IMG/VR virus record: IMGVR_UViG_3300032160_000002
Reading direction: 5' to 3' (one strand)
From: an uncultured virus (IMG/VR IMGVR_UViG_3300032160_000002)
Taxonomy: Duplodnaviria > Heunggongvirae > Uroviricota > Caudoviricetes
Length of the DNA stretch: 64,000 nucleotides
The notes beneath the pieces are model-generated. The model saw nothing but the letters and a program-made list of their open reading frames with translations. It was not told the DNA's origin and did no database searches. A program made the translations under genes and the position numbers. Shown in pieces: positions 48,001-54,545 of this stretch (the first letter of the stretch is position 1; every line of letters begins with the position of its first letter).

Positions 48001-49417
48001 GGGAGCGCAGTGGGCGGTGCAGAAGGGGGTCACCGGATTCCTGCCGAACCGCTGGATGAAGATCGGGCGTACCGGAGCGAGAGCCATCAACGCGATCGTG
48101 AATCAGAATCACGACATGCGCGAAGCCTTGGATGCAGGAGGAGCGCTGCAGTCTGCGCACGGCGTCACGCGCGACCTAGTGAAACTGTTCTACGACCAGA
48201 TGGCCGATGGCGCGGAAAAAGGCGAACCGTGGGCAACGAAACTAGCAAAGGCTGTGGGACTCGCGCCGGTGGAGTTGGTCAAGGTGCTGCACAATTTCTC
48301 GTCCAAGATTGCATGGCCAGTCTCGGACATGATGTACCTGCAGGCAGCTTACGAGTATCAGGAAGATCACGCTGGCGTGGATCTGCACGAGGCTCTGCGC
48401 GAAGTGGGAAAGATCATTCCGGAGTATCGCTTGCCGACGCGGATCATGGACTCGCGCACGCTCGCGAAAGTGATGGGTTCGCCGATTGGCACGGTGTTCG
48501 GAGCCTACCACTACGGCCTGTTGCGATCCTTTTCCGAGAGCGCGAAATCCGCACTGGGCGCGGGCGAACCAGCACCAGGAAGAACCAAAGCGCAAGAAGT
48601 GGGGAAAGGCTGGGATCGGTTGGCGATGATGGCTCTCGGAGCTTTCGCAATCTACGCCGTGGCCGATGAGCTCGCCCGGAAGCTGACCACCAACAAAGAC
48701 GCGACCGTACAGCGGCATGGAATCTTCGGACTGATTCAGGCTGTTAGTGATGTGGCCCGGAAAGAATCCTCTACGACGCAAGCCATCACGAAAGTGATGA
48801 CGCCGAACCCGCTGACGCTCGGTCTCACGCAACTTGCCTTCAACCGCGATCTGCGTACTGGACGACGCCTCTGGGACCCTGCCGCAGACTGGGGAACGGT
48901 CGGTACGCAACTTATGGCCTACCTAAAAGAGCAAGCACTGCCGCAGGGCCAACAGATCGAACGCGCCGCGCACTCCGATGAAGGCTGGAAGAAATTCGCC
49001 TGGAACCAGGCCGACGTAAACCTCCCTAAACACGGCGCCGAGAAACTAGCCGCAGAGATCGCGAGCTCGAAGATGGACACCTCCGCCTGGACGCCAGAAG
49101 AGCGAGAGCGCTACTACGCGCGCCAACAGGCTCTCGAAGGTCTACGCCGCGGAGATTCGCACGCTCTGGAGGAAGGACTGGAGAAAGGCCGCATCCGCTC
49201 GGACGAACTCACCAGCATTCTCCGCCGATCTTCCGGGAGTCCGCTTTATGATCGCGTGCATGGCTTCAGCTACGACGAAACCCTGCGCGTGTACGAGAAG
49301 GCTGTCGAAGACAAGGACGAAGCCGCACAGGAAGAGCTATTGCCCCTCTTGCTCGAAAAGCAGAGCAAGCTGATGAGCCAGGGGAGATACGAAGAGGCCG
49401 GAGTGCCAGTGCAATGA
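39011..49417 (+). CDS. giant DarB-like internal virion protein: N6-adenine DNA methyltransferase plus SNF2-type helicase
   Basis: EPGMGIGNF (motif I), IGNVPF (motif IV), YLSGNVREKL, HAPGLGKT, VDEAH, TGTPITN, MGIGTNVQ, EQREGRIIR. Confidence 0.9.
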   Translation: MADPSSPQFEVVDPQFEVVDPPPLTMNQRRGSYSGAPIPPRPTLPPYDWQRAIVGGLTDIVTGGGMPSNESAPPLGEPMAQGVRELETPGKRGTGALRVAATGTEALTPLMGPAALENPLSIARGLAEGTAASKGVEYGAKKLGATKEQQDLAGSLAFWAPGVARSVIDPRVAVESAPEGTRVGATVAGGRAGAGVQVTPENITVAGKVGPFSGSKTFTRGAQPAGPGIEAPTIEGQPLTPAPPTDPAATAIAEYDTVMQRAGQVVRGEPIAPPPPAPPPISASPNAPPSVKAGSISPEDVAQVAQTIAKLPPEIRPQAMQEVHQTLTKVLMEQAASGKPVVLPNGQMAIIKDPASAEKVALQLMNDAVKDHDKAQEVAAKEAEKAAKEEAKPTPAATTGVRANSRQKAAELAQPKFEVSEAPAPKFEVVEPEQKVESGNGRRESQGALSESRALPVERPGREEVSGEPQRSPEPSVAGGIAVASGEAHGNAGEPPVRVGSGTGAPSAGESSNILPGNKSAAVAEQQPFTKGDPVTFSRNLQVRKGEGKSEIIPVGTKAFIEHANPGMNFARVRLTDGRVQSVPLRNLEKHEEAQGAGDRSRAAEISAQRAGGNGGSAAGIGNVASRPAEAVSERNPAAAAQEGARITSVAKETAPAVTPAKSEWQTLFEKASSLQPDKVESLRKMSGEQLQSVIQGHSETSKKPVTPQVEPSYSYGLPSFVGAGHTAKAEPVAIPKGHWMNRMDVDEVANRYGSHPVHPILGKATKFLQQFVEEVDSHSDGWPYWQAPAHAAQQLMDLIQSPKLATEEALAKAMSPIKSFMTKRGTAAGMKMPEIALQAKEKAAKAPETGSTIDSEKPHEPLANQTAGTARNPENLPSVSSAARESGTAPTSLSTEGKRADEEERLAGRHPGQPGGERLEQPAGQPGQRLEPEGSRGSGAAEHPGTKRTGGRAGSPRSGGAGADGQPVESPTPQEPEEARTTTAELRNQRNFRISDEEAAKIGTGGEISKIKGNLDALETLKTIQKEGREIATPEEQATLAKYVDFGGLVGMLQNHWKPEYTKHYERFTSLLTPAEIQEIRETLPNTHYTSMQMVDWMWKAMQRMGFRGGRIIEPGMGIGNFMGRIPEKIANRSELYGVERNPLTGSMAKLLYPDANIQVKPFQHFLVPNNSLDAAIGNVPFQDVNITDDPVYKDLKLNLHNYFIVKTLDKLKPGGIAALITSRYTMDSAKGTGVRAREEMAKRADLVGAIRLPDAAFKRTAGTEVVADLLIFQKRDPKVELEKMPEWVKSVPTKVGSAEFPINQYFLDNPSHVLGEHSDQGQMYRAGSYTVKAPKDFDAALAGAADLVPRSIFGKVKTNQPSQAPPATLDPGEMQFAPEDVKPGAFFRDAKGAIKIKQAGVAADLPENLRNAASKEQIGHAIDLRDQLNRAIETQLQTSDDDSLKEEQKKLVDLYNKYHKKYGPLHGPKLAKLFGDDPEYPKLLALENVDPETKEITRAAIFTKRVLAPYEPLRDLPDDPKSAMLKVMAERGYLDTGLMAGLLKKPEADVIANLEKQDLIFQDPQSGIYHTADDYLSGNVREKLKLAEHALESDAKYARNVEALKKSQPKPLTIHDIQPNLGQTWIPMNVYKGFIAHLAKTGNIDVEINRDATGKWLVRAEGNKFALQHEWAGGDIPGHKLVQYAMNQQQPTVYQKDDKGSVSIDQQATTAAREKLAAIKEEFRTVLRRANQSTVDKLEQIYNDTFNAYKLREFSGEHLDFPGMSEEWRDKIRGYQKAAVWRILQEGRGGIFHAPGLGKTLTMAASGMEARRLKLSRKNMYAVPNHMVPQWREDFKRFYPNANVLAVTDDDFTATNRAKLMSRIATGDWDAVIVPHSQFDLLPMSPEWEKQTIDKRLADYRQVLEELDEDNDKRTIKQIEKAVDKLEARLNELNAKKKDEAIPFDQLGVDMLFVDEAHAYKAMAVPSKMGNVGGLSNRASQRAFALEMKADYLRNTHKGRGLVFGTGTPITNTVGELYVMTKYLAPEMLEAAGIRSFDDWAANFATTVTQWEYSPDGVTFKPKTTLSEFVNVPELSTMFRRYAEYLSKEAAKQLSNLKEPKANRKDHMVTVTPTQEPLLEMIADRGDHLTKHPPRTKEERQADNWLKLSSDARKISLDPRLYNPELHDDAGSKANEAVQVIKDTLDKSKEQRGTVVVFSDFFQHMGKDGKPDFNLFEDMKKKLVKQGVPAGEIAIIHEAADKEEKEALFARVRSGKVRVLFGSTDKMGIGTNVQDRLKAELHLDQPWRPDQVEQREGRIIRSGNMWDDVDIHRFIAEPEEGMIKRWDPQQQKEVEKPRPRAYDLQMYQQLSRKANFQEQFLTGNYTGRSMEDVGGDVKLNSQMFELAKAMATGNPDALRKIKVEHDLRTYSMLERNFQVERSKNTRTQQNLEYRIPVIEQKIKLLDRDIALWKKAEENEEKGISLQVGDKTRQGDELKTWVDSEPNIADLVGKPLKIGGIATELDASLGRELNKKTGDWFETVRYRYRLAGEEHEVPFNFEKGVHQVRALLNSFAQRARHLEAMRTTAGYDLERSKEDLTNIKKELERTSPYLAKVEGMEKEIAEINKRLGMTGPAEVDEGAAPSEDESEKPTTTGKEKKEGILTGESGSLEPAKAAQVVANGAGRVGDFLRQEVEDNRRAHELQWDLYDLDKRHEGRVLRAKQLLEGLQADGVTQEDRRAIDDHLDALQADSDSVPVPPLTEKQDRILDDVLMPMKAEAEEAFKKVTGAGMTIPNYNPRQTKGRGGMLDRFLTPEGEKRTGRGNTLSTANPASKHRVMMALENQGKRIVVSLKGGQVTAWDHGTPENLGPILHTDEGREFLDKDDNIWTLKQATKDEIEEHTGVEYYHDAAASTIVNWLQAKKAEAAHDFLEKFKGDPEFKQIAVPTDAGNPPKGWRTTNLPQMKGYYFEPHTAEVLDWFNDRLKSGNPNAFDSINSYMRMKILLNPIKHPLNVGAQWAVQKGVTGFLPNRWMKIGRTGARAINAIVNQNHDMREALDAGGALQSAHGVTRDLVKLFYDQMADGAEKGEPWATKLAKAVGLAPVELVKVLHNFSSKIAWPVSDMMYLQAAYEYQEDHAGVDLHEALREVGKIIPEYRLPTRIMDSRTLAKVMGSPIGTVFGAYHYGLLRSFSESAKSALGAGEPAPGRTKAQEVGKGWDRLAMMALGAFAIYAVADELARKLTTNKDATVQRHGIFGLIQAVSDVARKESSTTQAITKVMTPNPLTLGLTQLAFNRDLRTGRRLWDPAADWGTVGTQLMAYLKEQALPQGQQIERAAHSDEGWKKFAWNQADVNLPKHGAEKLAAEIASSKMDTSAWTPEERERYYARQQALEGLRRGDSHALEEGLEKGRIRSDELTSILRRSSGSPLYDRVHGFSYDETLRVYEKAVEDKDEAAQEELLPLLLEKQSKLMSQGRYEEAGVPVQ
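40329..40580 (+). CDS. overprinted +1-frame gene 1 inside the DarB-like gene
   Basis: Genome-like codon usage in this frame; GGTAGAAT 6 nt before ATG; main frame is low-complexity here. Confidence 0.6.
   Translation: MDDANPKVHYLRAELYPWSGPDVKKLVENLNEVLSRVSREELRLRLAKHMGTPESHLFVSDRELVHQVQENPQIFFPEINLPQ
40782..40985 (+). CDS. overprinted +1-frame gene 2 inside the DarB-like gene
   Basis: GGAG RBS; genome-like codons; main frame is low-complexity. Confidence 0.55.
   Translation: MRKPKERVTAAEPPKYLLNEQGEMVGVQQELEMSRADLQKLYPNVILPPPRKKGRGLPALLKRPRPQ
41589..41918 (+). CDS. overprinted +1-frame gene 3, TnpV-like helical protein
   Basis: HFRPKESERMKKNGSLDDILDSRAESA...NG....EAEEVAL; strongly G/C-ending codons; TACAAT upstream. 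Confidence 0.65.
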   Translation: MSRSQTRPREPLETLKTYPAFQALRAKAEQHQLHFRPKESERMKKNGSLDDILDSRAESAWNSLQDNLANGSNQKEAEEVALPNILVRSEQEDEQDRLDQEEQEQTASQ

Positions 49418-49421
49418 GCAG

Positions 49422-49595
49422 TTACCAATCCACATCCCGAATGTGCACTGGATTGAGATGGAAATGCCAGAGGAGCCAGTTCAGCGTGATGCCGACGGCA
49501 AGAGCCAGCGCCGCAGCAAGTACGGCCTTAACAATTTTACCCCGTTGCACTCGATGTGGGTAGCGACGTTCCAATTCGTCAAGTAGGTCAGCCAT
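49422..49595 (-). CDS. small membrane protein
   Basis: IVKAVLAAALALAVGITLNWLLW. Confidence 0.55.
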   Translation of the reverse strand: MADLLDELERRYPHRVQRGKIVKAVLAAALALAVGITLNWLLWHFHLNPVHIRDVDW

Positions 49596-49712
49596 ACAGT
49601 CGTATAGATTAACCCTTTTCAAAGCTTTTGCAACACCCTTCGCTTCCCCTTAGACCGCGCCTGAGTCTTTGGAAGCCAGTTGTAACCGCCCCGAGCCTTG
49701 AGGGCGATCGCA

Positions 49713-50318
49713 ATGCCCCGAAAAAAGAAAGCAGCCAAAGCCCGTCGTGGCGGAAATCCCGCCAACCTCGAAAAGTCGCGCGCACAGACTAAAGCCCATC
49801 TGCAGCGAGGCCGGCAAAAAGAACGCGAACTGTCGATCCCGGAGATTGAGTATTGCGCCTGGCGGGCGCAGGGAGCAGCCCAATGGGATGCGGCGGAGTT
49901 TGCCGGTATCGCCAAAGGGAACCTTTACCGCCTCGAACAGCGCGAGAGCACACAGAAAACTATCGAGGAGTTCAAAGACAAATTCAAATCCGGCGCGATC
50001 GACCGCGTGGAGCAGATGCGGCAAGAGTTCACCGCATTCGTCTTCGGGCAATATCGCTTGCGGTTGCGGAAGATGAAGACTCACTACTTCCGCGGCGATG
50101 AGTCGATCCAGCGCATGATTGAAACCGGCTTCAAGGCTGCCGGGCTGATCCAGTCGCAGAAAACGGTTAACCAGCAGGTCAACAACGACAACCGGAATAC
50201 CACGAATCAGCTTTACGCCAAACGGCTCTATCTGCCGGATTGGCGAAGGGAAACCATTGAAGGGCTACAGGCAAAAGAATTACAGGCAGCGAAGGAGCCG
50301 GCCAAGCCCGCGCCCTGA
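49713..50318 (+). CDS. terminase small subunit (putative)
   Basis: HTH-like GAAQWDAAEFAGIAKGNLYRL; directly upstream of TerL. Confidence 0.7.
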   Translation: MPRKKKAAKARRGGNPANLEKSRAQTKAHLQRGRQKERELSIPEIEYCAWRAQGAAQWDAAEFAGIAKGNLYRLEQRESTQKTIEEFKDKFKSGAIDRVEQMRQEFTAFVFGQYRLRLRKMKTHYFRGDESIQRMIETGFKAAGLIQSQKTVNQQVNNDNRNTTNQLYAKRLYLPDWRRETIEGLQAKELQAAKEPAKPAP

Positions 50319-52914
50319 GCCTGCCCGCTGGCTGGTTCCGATCGGCCTGACGCTTTTCTTCCTGCTTTGCCTGATCCCCAACGGCCAAACACAAATGATG
50401 ACGGATGTTCAAGTCGAGCCGAAATTCCCGACGCAAGGCAGTTTTACGCCCGCCAGCCAAGCGCAGAAGGACTGGCTGAATTCCCGCGCAGAATTATTGC
50501 TCGGCGGCGGAAGTGTCGGCTCGCTAAAGACCTCGACCATGCTCGTCGATGGCTCCGTCGAATACGACAACTCGAACATGCACACCATCATGTTCCGCAA
50601 GACGCTGGCGGAGCATTCTGAGGCGATCCGGATCTCGCGCGACTGGTTTGCTCAAACCGGAGCGTCCTTCTCCGAAAACGTCCCCCTCGACAACGGGACC
50701 GGCACGCCTAGCTTCAACGGTAACTCCCATATGTGGCGCTGGCCTTGGGGATCAACCTTTCAGTTCGCCTACTGCGCGACCGACAACGACGTTTACGCGC
50801 ACCAGACCCAGAGCTACTGCGTGGAAGTCGGCACCCCCGTACTGATGGCCGACGGCACGTATAAAGCGATTGAGTCTATTGCTGTTGGTGACGTGGTGGC
50901 GACACTCGAAGGGCCTCGCCCGGTGACTCGGACACATGGGGTAAGGTGGAAGCCCTGCGTGCGCGCCGATATTCTCTCTGCTGCAGGGCAGCGCGTAATT
51001 TCCTCGCAGGTACATCCGGAGAACCATCGGGTTTTACTGGCTTCGGGGTGGGAGTCCTACGCTTCGCTAAAAGATGCTCGAAGCGCCTCCGCAGTGTCAT
51101 ATGACCACAACCTAGCACCTTCGCAGCCTCAAGAGTTGTTCGCCCTTGCAGTGCTTGCTTCACCTGTTCTTCGGTCACTGGAACGATCTGCGCCGAGACC
51201 CACTGAATGCTATTTACATCACAAAGCTTCCGCACGGTATTCCAACACATTCCTAGACGACGCGCTGCATCTTGGAGCGTCATGTGAGGATCGGCCGCTA
51301 ACGGTATCACGGCGGCAATTAAAGAGGGATCATGAATCTTCGCCTTTTGTAAGTGATGGAAGCCTATATGCTCGCTATGGGTGGGAAACAACCGTAGATT
51401 TTCGTCGCGATTGTCGCTGCGAATCTTGTTTATGTGATGAACAGCCTCCATTCCTGACAGGTACCTCCCAAGGCGTTTCTCGACAACAAGTCGGTGCTGT
51501 GGAACGAATCCATCCCAGTGCGCTGCTGGATGGTTCGACCGGCGTTCTAGGACGTAGCCAGCAGCATCCATGCGCGTATCCCCATCCTTATACGCATGAA
51601 CCCCGGCCTTGGTTGGGCGATGCGACCATTGCGCCATTGCGGCTCTCTCCTGTAGGTGACCGTGCAGTTTGCGACATTACGATTGATGGGCCGAATCACT
51701 ATATAACATCCCCTGCATTAGTCAACCAAAATTCCTGCATCCTCTGGGATGAATCAACCCGCACCGCCAGCGAATTCATGGTGCGCTACCTGCTGACCCG
51801 ACTGCGATCCACTGACCCATCGTTGTTCCTGCGATGCCGTTTGGGAACGAACCCCGGTGGCGAATTCGCGGAATGGCAGATGAAGATGTTTCTGGGCGGA
51901 GTCTGCCCGCACTGCGAACCTCCAAAGCTCTTTCCCGGAAAGATTTACCACGACACGAAGTGGCCGAGCGACGAGCGTAGCCTCGAAGGGATGACCACGC
52001 AGTTCATCTTCTCGAAGGTCACCGATCACAACCTGCTAGGCGAGAAGTACGTGCGCAATGTCCGTATGCAGCACGCAGCGACGGCAGAAGCTTTGCTAGC
52101 CGGATGCTGGAGGGCCTTCGAGGGCCAGTACTACACCATCTGGCATAGACCCACGATGGTCGTGCCGCGCCAGACCATCCGGGATAAATGGTATTGGGAA
52201 TCTTGGGTCGGGGCGGACTACGGCTTCGCTGGATCAAAGGCCGTGGCCTACCTGTTCGTTCGCGATCCTAAGACACGGCGTATCTACATCATCGACGAGC
52301 ACGTGGGCGAGCATGAAGCTGTCCGCGACTTCGCGCGTAGCGTCTACGAGAAGTTCGCCAAGAAGCGCGACGATCAGGAACAACCCAGGAAACTGCGGAT
52401 CATGTACCTCTCACCCGACGCCTGGAACGATCGCGGCGATCAACATACGCTGGCCGGCCAGATGAATGACGTGCTGCAGCCGCATGGCCTCGTTTTCGTC
52501 AAGGCGAAGAATGATCGCGCTGGCGGCGCCATGCTAACTTACGAATTGCTGCGTGACGGCACGGTACTGATCGCGGACAACTGCACTCTGCTTCCCCCGG
52601 CCATCGAAAGCGCCGTACACGATCCGAAACAGCCGGAAGCCATCCTCAACGTTCCCAATAATCCGCACTCGGACGCGCGCGACGCATTCCGCTACGGGAC
52701 TTACTCCCATCACCGCGAGGCCCTAGAACCGCTCGATGTGCGCGTCGCCGAACGAGTGCAGGAAGAGTGGAAGCACGATCCGACCTCAGCCATGTTCCAC
52801 GCGCAGCAGATTCGCGACGAAGAAAAGGCCAAAGAAGGCCCGAAAGTCTCCTCTTACGGCGGTGGCAACGCGCGGCGCCGCATTCAGCAGTGGGAGCGCT
52901 CGCGCAAGGGATAA
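50257..52914 (+). CDS. terL: terminase large subunit containing an intein (start either TTG 50257 or ATG 50395)
   Basis: LLGGGSVGSLKT Walker A, ILWDE Walker B, GTNPGG, GADYGF nuclease motif, DARDAFRYG. Confidence 0.92.
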   Translation: MKGYRQKNYRQRRSRPSPRPEPARWLVPIGLTLFFLLCLIPNGQTQMMTDVQVEPKFPTQGSFTPASQAQKDWLNSRAELLLGGGSVGSLKTSTMLVDGSVEYDNSNMHTIMFRKTLAEHSEAIRISRDWFAQTGASFSENVPLDNGTGTPSFNGNSHMWRWPWGSTFQFAYCATDNDVYAHQTQSYCVEVGTPVLMADGTYKAIESIAVGDVVATLEGPRPVTRTHGVRWKPCVRADILSAAGQRVISSQVHPENHRVLLASGWESYASLKDARSASAVSYDHNLAPSQPQELFALAVLASPVLRSLERSAPRPTECYLHHKASARYSNTFLDDALHLGASCEDRPLTVSRRQLKRDHESSPFVSDGSLYARYGWETTVDFRRDCRCESCLCDEQPPFLTGTSQGVSRQQVGAVERIHPSALLDGSTGVLGRSQQHPCAYPHPYTHEPRPWLGDATIAPLRLSPVGDRAVCDITIDGPNHYITSPALVNQNSCILWDESTRTASEFMVRYLLTRLRSTDPSLFLRCRLGTNPGGEFAEWQMKMFLGGVCPHCEPPKLFPGKIYHDTKWPSDERSLEGMTTQFIFSKVTDHNLLGEKYVRNVRMQHAATAEALLAGCWRAFEGQYYTIWHRPTMVVPRQTIRDKWYWESWVGADYGFAGSKAVAYLFVRDPKTRRIYIIDEHVGEHEAVRDFARSVYEKFAKKRDDQEQPRKLRIMYLSPDAWNDRGDQHTLAGQMNDVLQPHGLVFVKAKNDRAGGAMLTYELLRDGTVLIADNCTLLPPAIESAVHDPKQPEAILNVPNNPHSDARDAFRYGTYSHHREALEPLDVRVAERVQEEWKHDPTSAMFHAQQIRDEEKAKEGPKVSSYGGGNARRRIQQWERSRKG
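50876..51637 (-). CDS. HNH homing endonuclease with HTH-like domains, encoded antisense within the intein
   Basis: YKDG...GYVLERRSNHPAA..GFVPQHRLVVEKRLGRYL...EAVHHINKIRSDNRDENLRLF..HSEH..FH; AGGAG RBS. Confidence 0.9.
   Translation of the reverse strand: MAQWSHRPTKAGVHAYKDGDTRMDAAGYVLERRSNHPAAHWDGFVPQHRLVVEKRLGRYLSGMEAVHHINKIRSDNRDENLRLFPTHSEHIGFHHLQKAKIHDPSLIAAVIPLAADPHMTLQDAARRLGMCWNTVRKLCDVNSIQWVSAQIVPVTEEQVKQALQGRTTLEAAKVLGCGHMTLRRRFEHLLAKRRTPTPKPVKPDGSPDVPARKLRAALQQREYRRARRASTLPHVSESPGEALRVSPPRHQQQ
51698..51725 (-). promoter_or_regulatory. candidate promoter for the antisense HNH gene
   Basis: TTGACT-N16-TATAGT on the minus strand, inside the intein C-terminal codons. Confidence 0.6.
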
Positions 52915-52922
52915 CGAAACCG

Positions 52923-54485
52923 ATGAAAACTTTCTTCAACCTGGTACGGACCCTCGCAGCGGTGTGCGCTCTCTCGCTTGCAGCCTTGGGACAAGGGGTT
53001 ACAGTCACCGCGACGCTCACCGACGGCCAGGGCATTCCGCAGAAAACATCCTATCTCCACTGGCAATTGTGGAACTGCGGCAACAATGTACCGCAGATCA
53101 TCGGCCAGCCCTACGCCATGGTCGCGCAGCAGTTCGACATGCGCGCCAATCCGACCACCGGCGTGATCTCGGGCTCGGTATACGGCAACGACCAGATCGA
53201 ATGCGGAAACGTTTTATCGACGCAGTGGATCGTCACCGAGTTCAAATCGAGCGGCCAGGCCGGAGGACAGCCCCAGTACTACTGCCTGACCAACGGTGAG
53301 AGCTTCAATCCCGCGACGACTCAGGTCTGCCAGGTCGTGCCTCCGCCTCCGGGCTACATCCTGCTATTCGGCAATCCGATCCAGAGCCAGACTCTCGACC
53401 AGCCGCTCGGAACGGAGATGAACTTCCAAGGGACGATGAATTTCTGTTCCGCGACGGTGCTCTGCGCCGGAGGGGAAGGAGCGTATTCGCTCGAAGTCAA
53501 TGGCGTTGGTCTCAGTGGCGGCGACACCGTGAACTTTAACAATTCGCTGCCTGCGGCCGGAGCCAATGGGCTCAACGTAATCTTCCAGACTTCGAAGAGC
53601 GGATCCACCGACAGCGTCAGCGCGGAACTTATCGGAGATGGGAACGCGGGTCACTTCCTGGACGGACAAGGAGTATTTGCCGCCCCACCGGGTAACGGGC
53701 TCCCCAGCAATCCCCAAACCGGCGACACCCTGCGCTGGAACGTCAACGGAGACAACGCCTGGGATGCGGTGAACTACTCGAATACCCGGATTGTCTCGGT
53801 GTTCTTCACCGCAGGCTCGAACGATTTCGGAGCGTCCGGCGGGAAGACAACTACCCCCAACGCAACCGGCGGCGTGGCCCAGGTTCCTGCGACCTATACC
53901 GACGACTTTGGGGGAAACCTCTTCGTGAACGGCACTCCCTCGACCAACACGCTCGTCGGAGTCGACTACGAAGCGGGCGCCAACTTAGGCGACTTTGGGA
54001 TTGGATCCTTCTACAAATGGAGCTTCCGTTTTGCCGCAGGCTATACCACCAGCGTTCGTTACTGGATGGGCATGGGAGTCTATTTCATCGGCGGGACCGG
54101 GGCGAACGGGACTGCGCTTCTCGGCACCACGGCCTACGCGACCGACACTCCCAACAAATCTACCGTCGGATTCCGCTTTTCCGCCGGAACCGATAGCACA
54201 TGGCAGGCCTGTGCCGTCACCGCCGGATCCAGCAGCGGAACGCAAACCTGCACCTCCACTGGAGTTACCCCCGACACGAACCCACACCTGTTTGAGATGA
54301 CCACCACGGGAACGGTGGTGACCTATTACATCGACCATGTGCAGGTCGCGACCGTGAGCACGAATGTTCCCTCCGGCCTTCTGGGCGGCAACTCCGCGGC
54401 CTTGATGTTTTGGACCGGAGACAACAAGAACACCAGCAACAATATTTCCGGAACGCACTACTACATGACGCTCTCGCCCAAGTAA
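52923..54485 (+). CDS. signal-peptide-bearing tail fibre-like protein with C-terminal lectin-like beta domain
   Basis: MKTFFNLVRTLAAVCALSLAALG-Q; VTATLTDGQG; FLDGQGVFAAP; GDTLRWN; VTYYIDHVQVAT. Confidence 0.7.
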   Translation: MKTFFNLVRTLAAVCALSLAALGQGVTVTATLTDGQGIPQKTSYLHWQLWNCGNNVPQIIGQPYAMVAQQFDMRANPTTGVISGSVYGNDQIECGNVLSTQWIVTEFKSSGQAGGQPQYYCLTNGESFNPATTQVCQVVPPPPGYILLFGNPIQSQTLDQPLGTEMNFQGTMNFCSATVLCAGGEGAYSLEVNGVGLSGGDTVNFNNSLPAAGANGLNVIFQTSKSGSTDSVSAELIGDGNAGHFLDGQGVFAAPPGNGLPSNPQTGDTLRWNVNGDNAWDAVNYSNTRIVSVFFTAGSNDFGASGGKTTTPNATGGVAQVPATYTDDFGGNLFVNGTPSTNTLVGVDYEAGANLGDFGIGSFYKWSFRFAAGYTTSVRYWMGMGVYFIGGTGANGTALLGTTAYATDTPNKSTVGFRFSAGTDSTWQACAVTAGSSSGTQTCTSTGVTPDTNPHLFEMTTTGTVVTYYIDHVQVATVSTNVPSGLLGGNSAALMFWTGDNKNTSNNISGTHYYMTLSPK

Positions 54486-54545
54486 TTCGCAGTTCGGAAA
54501 CACACTCTGAAATTTTCTTCTTTCGTTTTCTCTGGGAGCTTCCTT

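Larger units (their letters stand above)
50818..51732 (+). mobile_element. intein (305 aa) in TerL just before Walker B
   Basis: Begins CVEVGTPVLMADG..KAIESIAVGDVV and ends VCDITIDGPNHYITSPALVNQN followed by Ser; removal restores QTQSY-SCILWDE. Confidence 0.9.
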
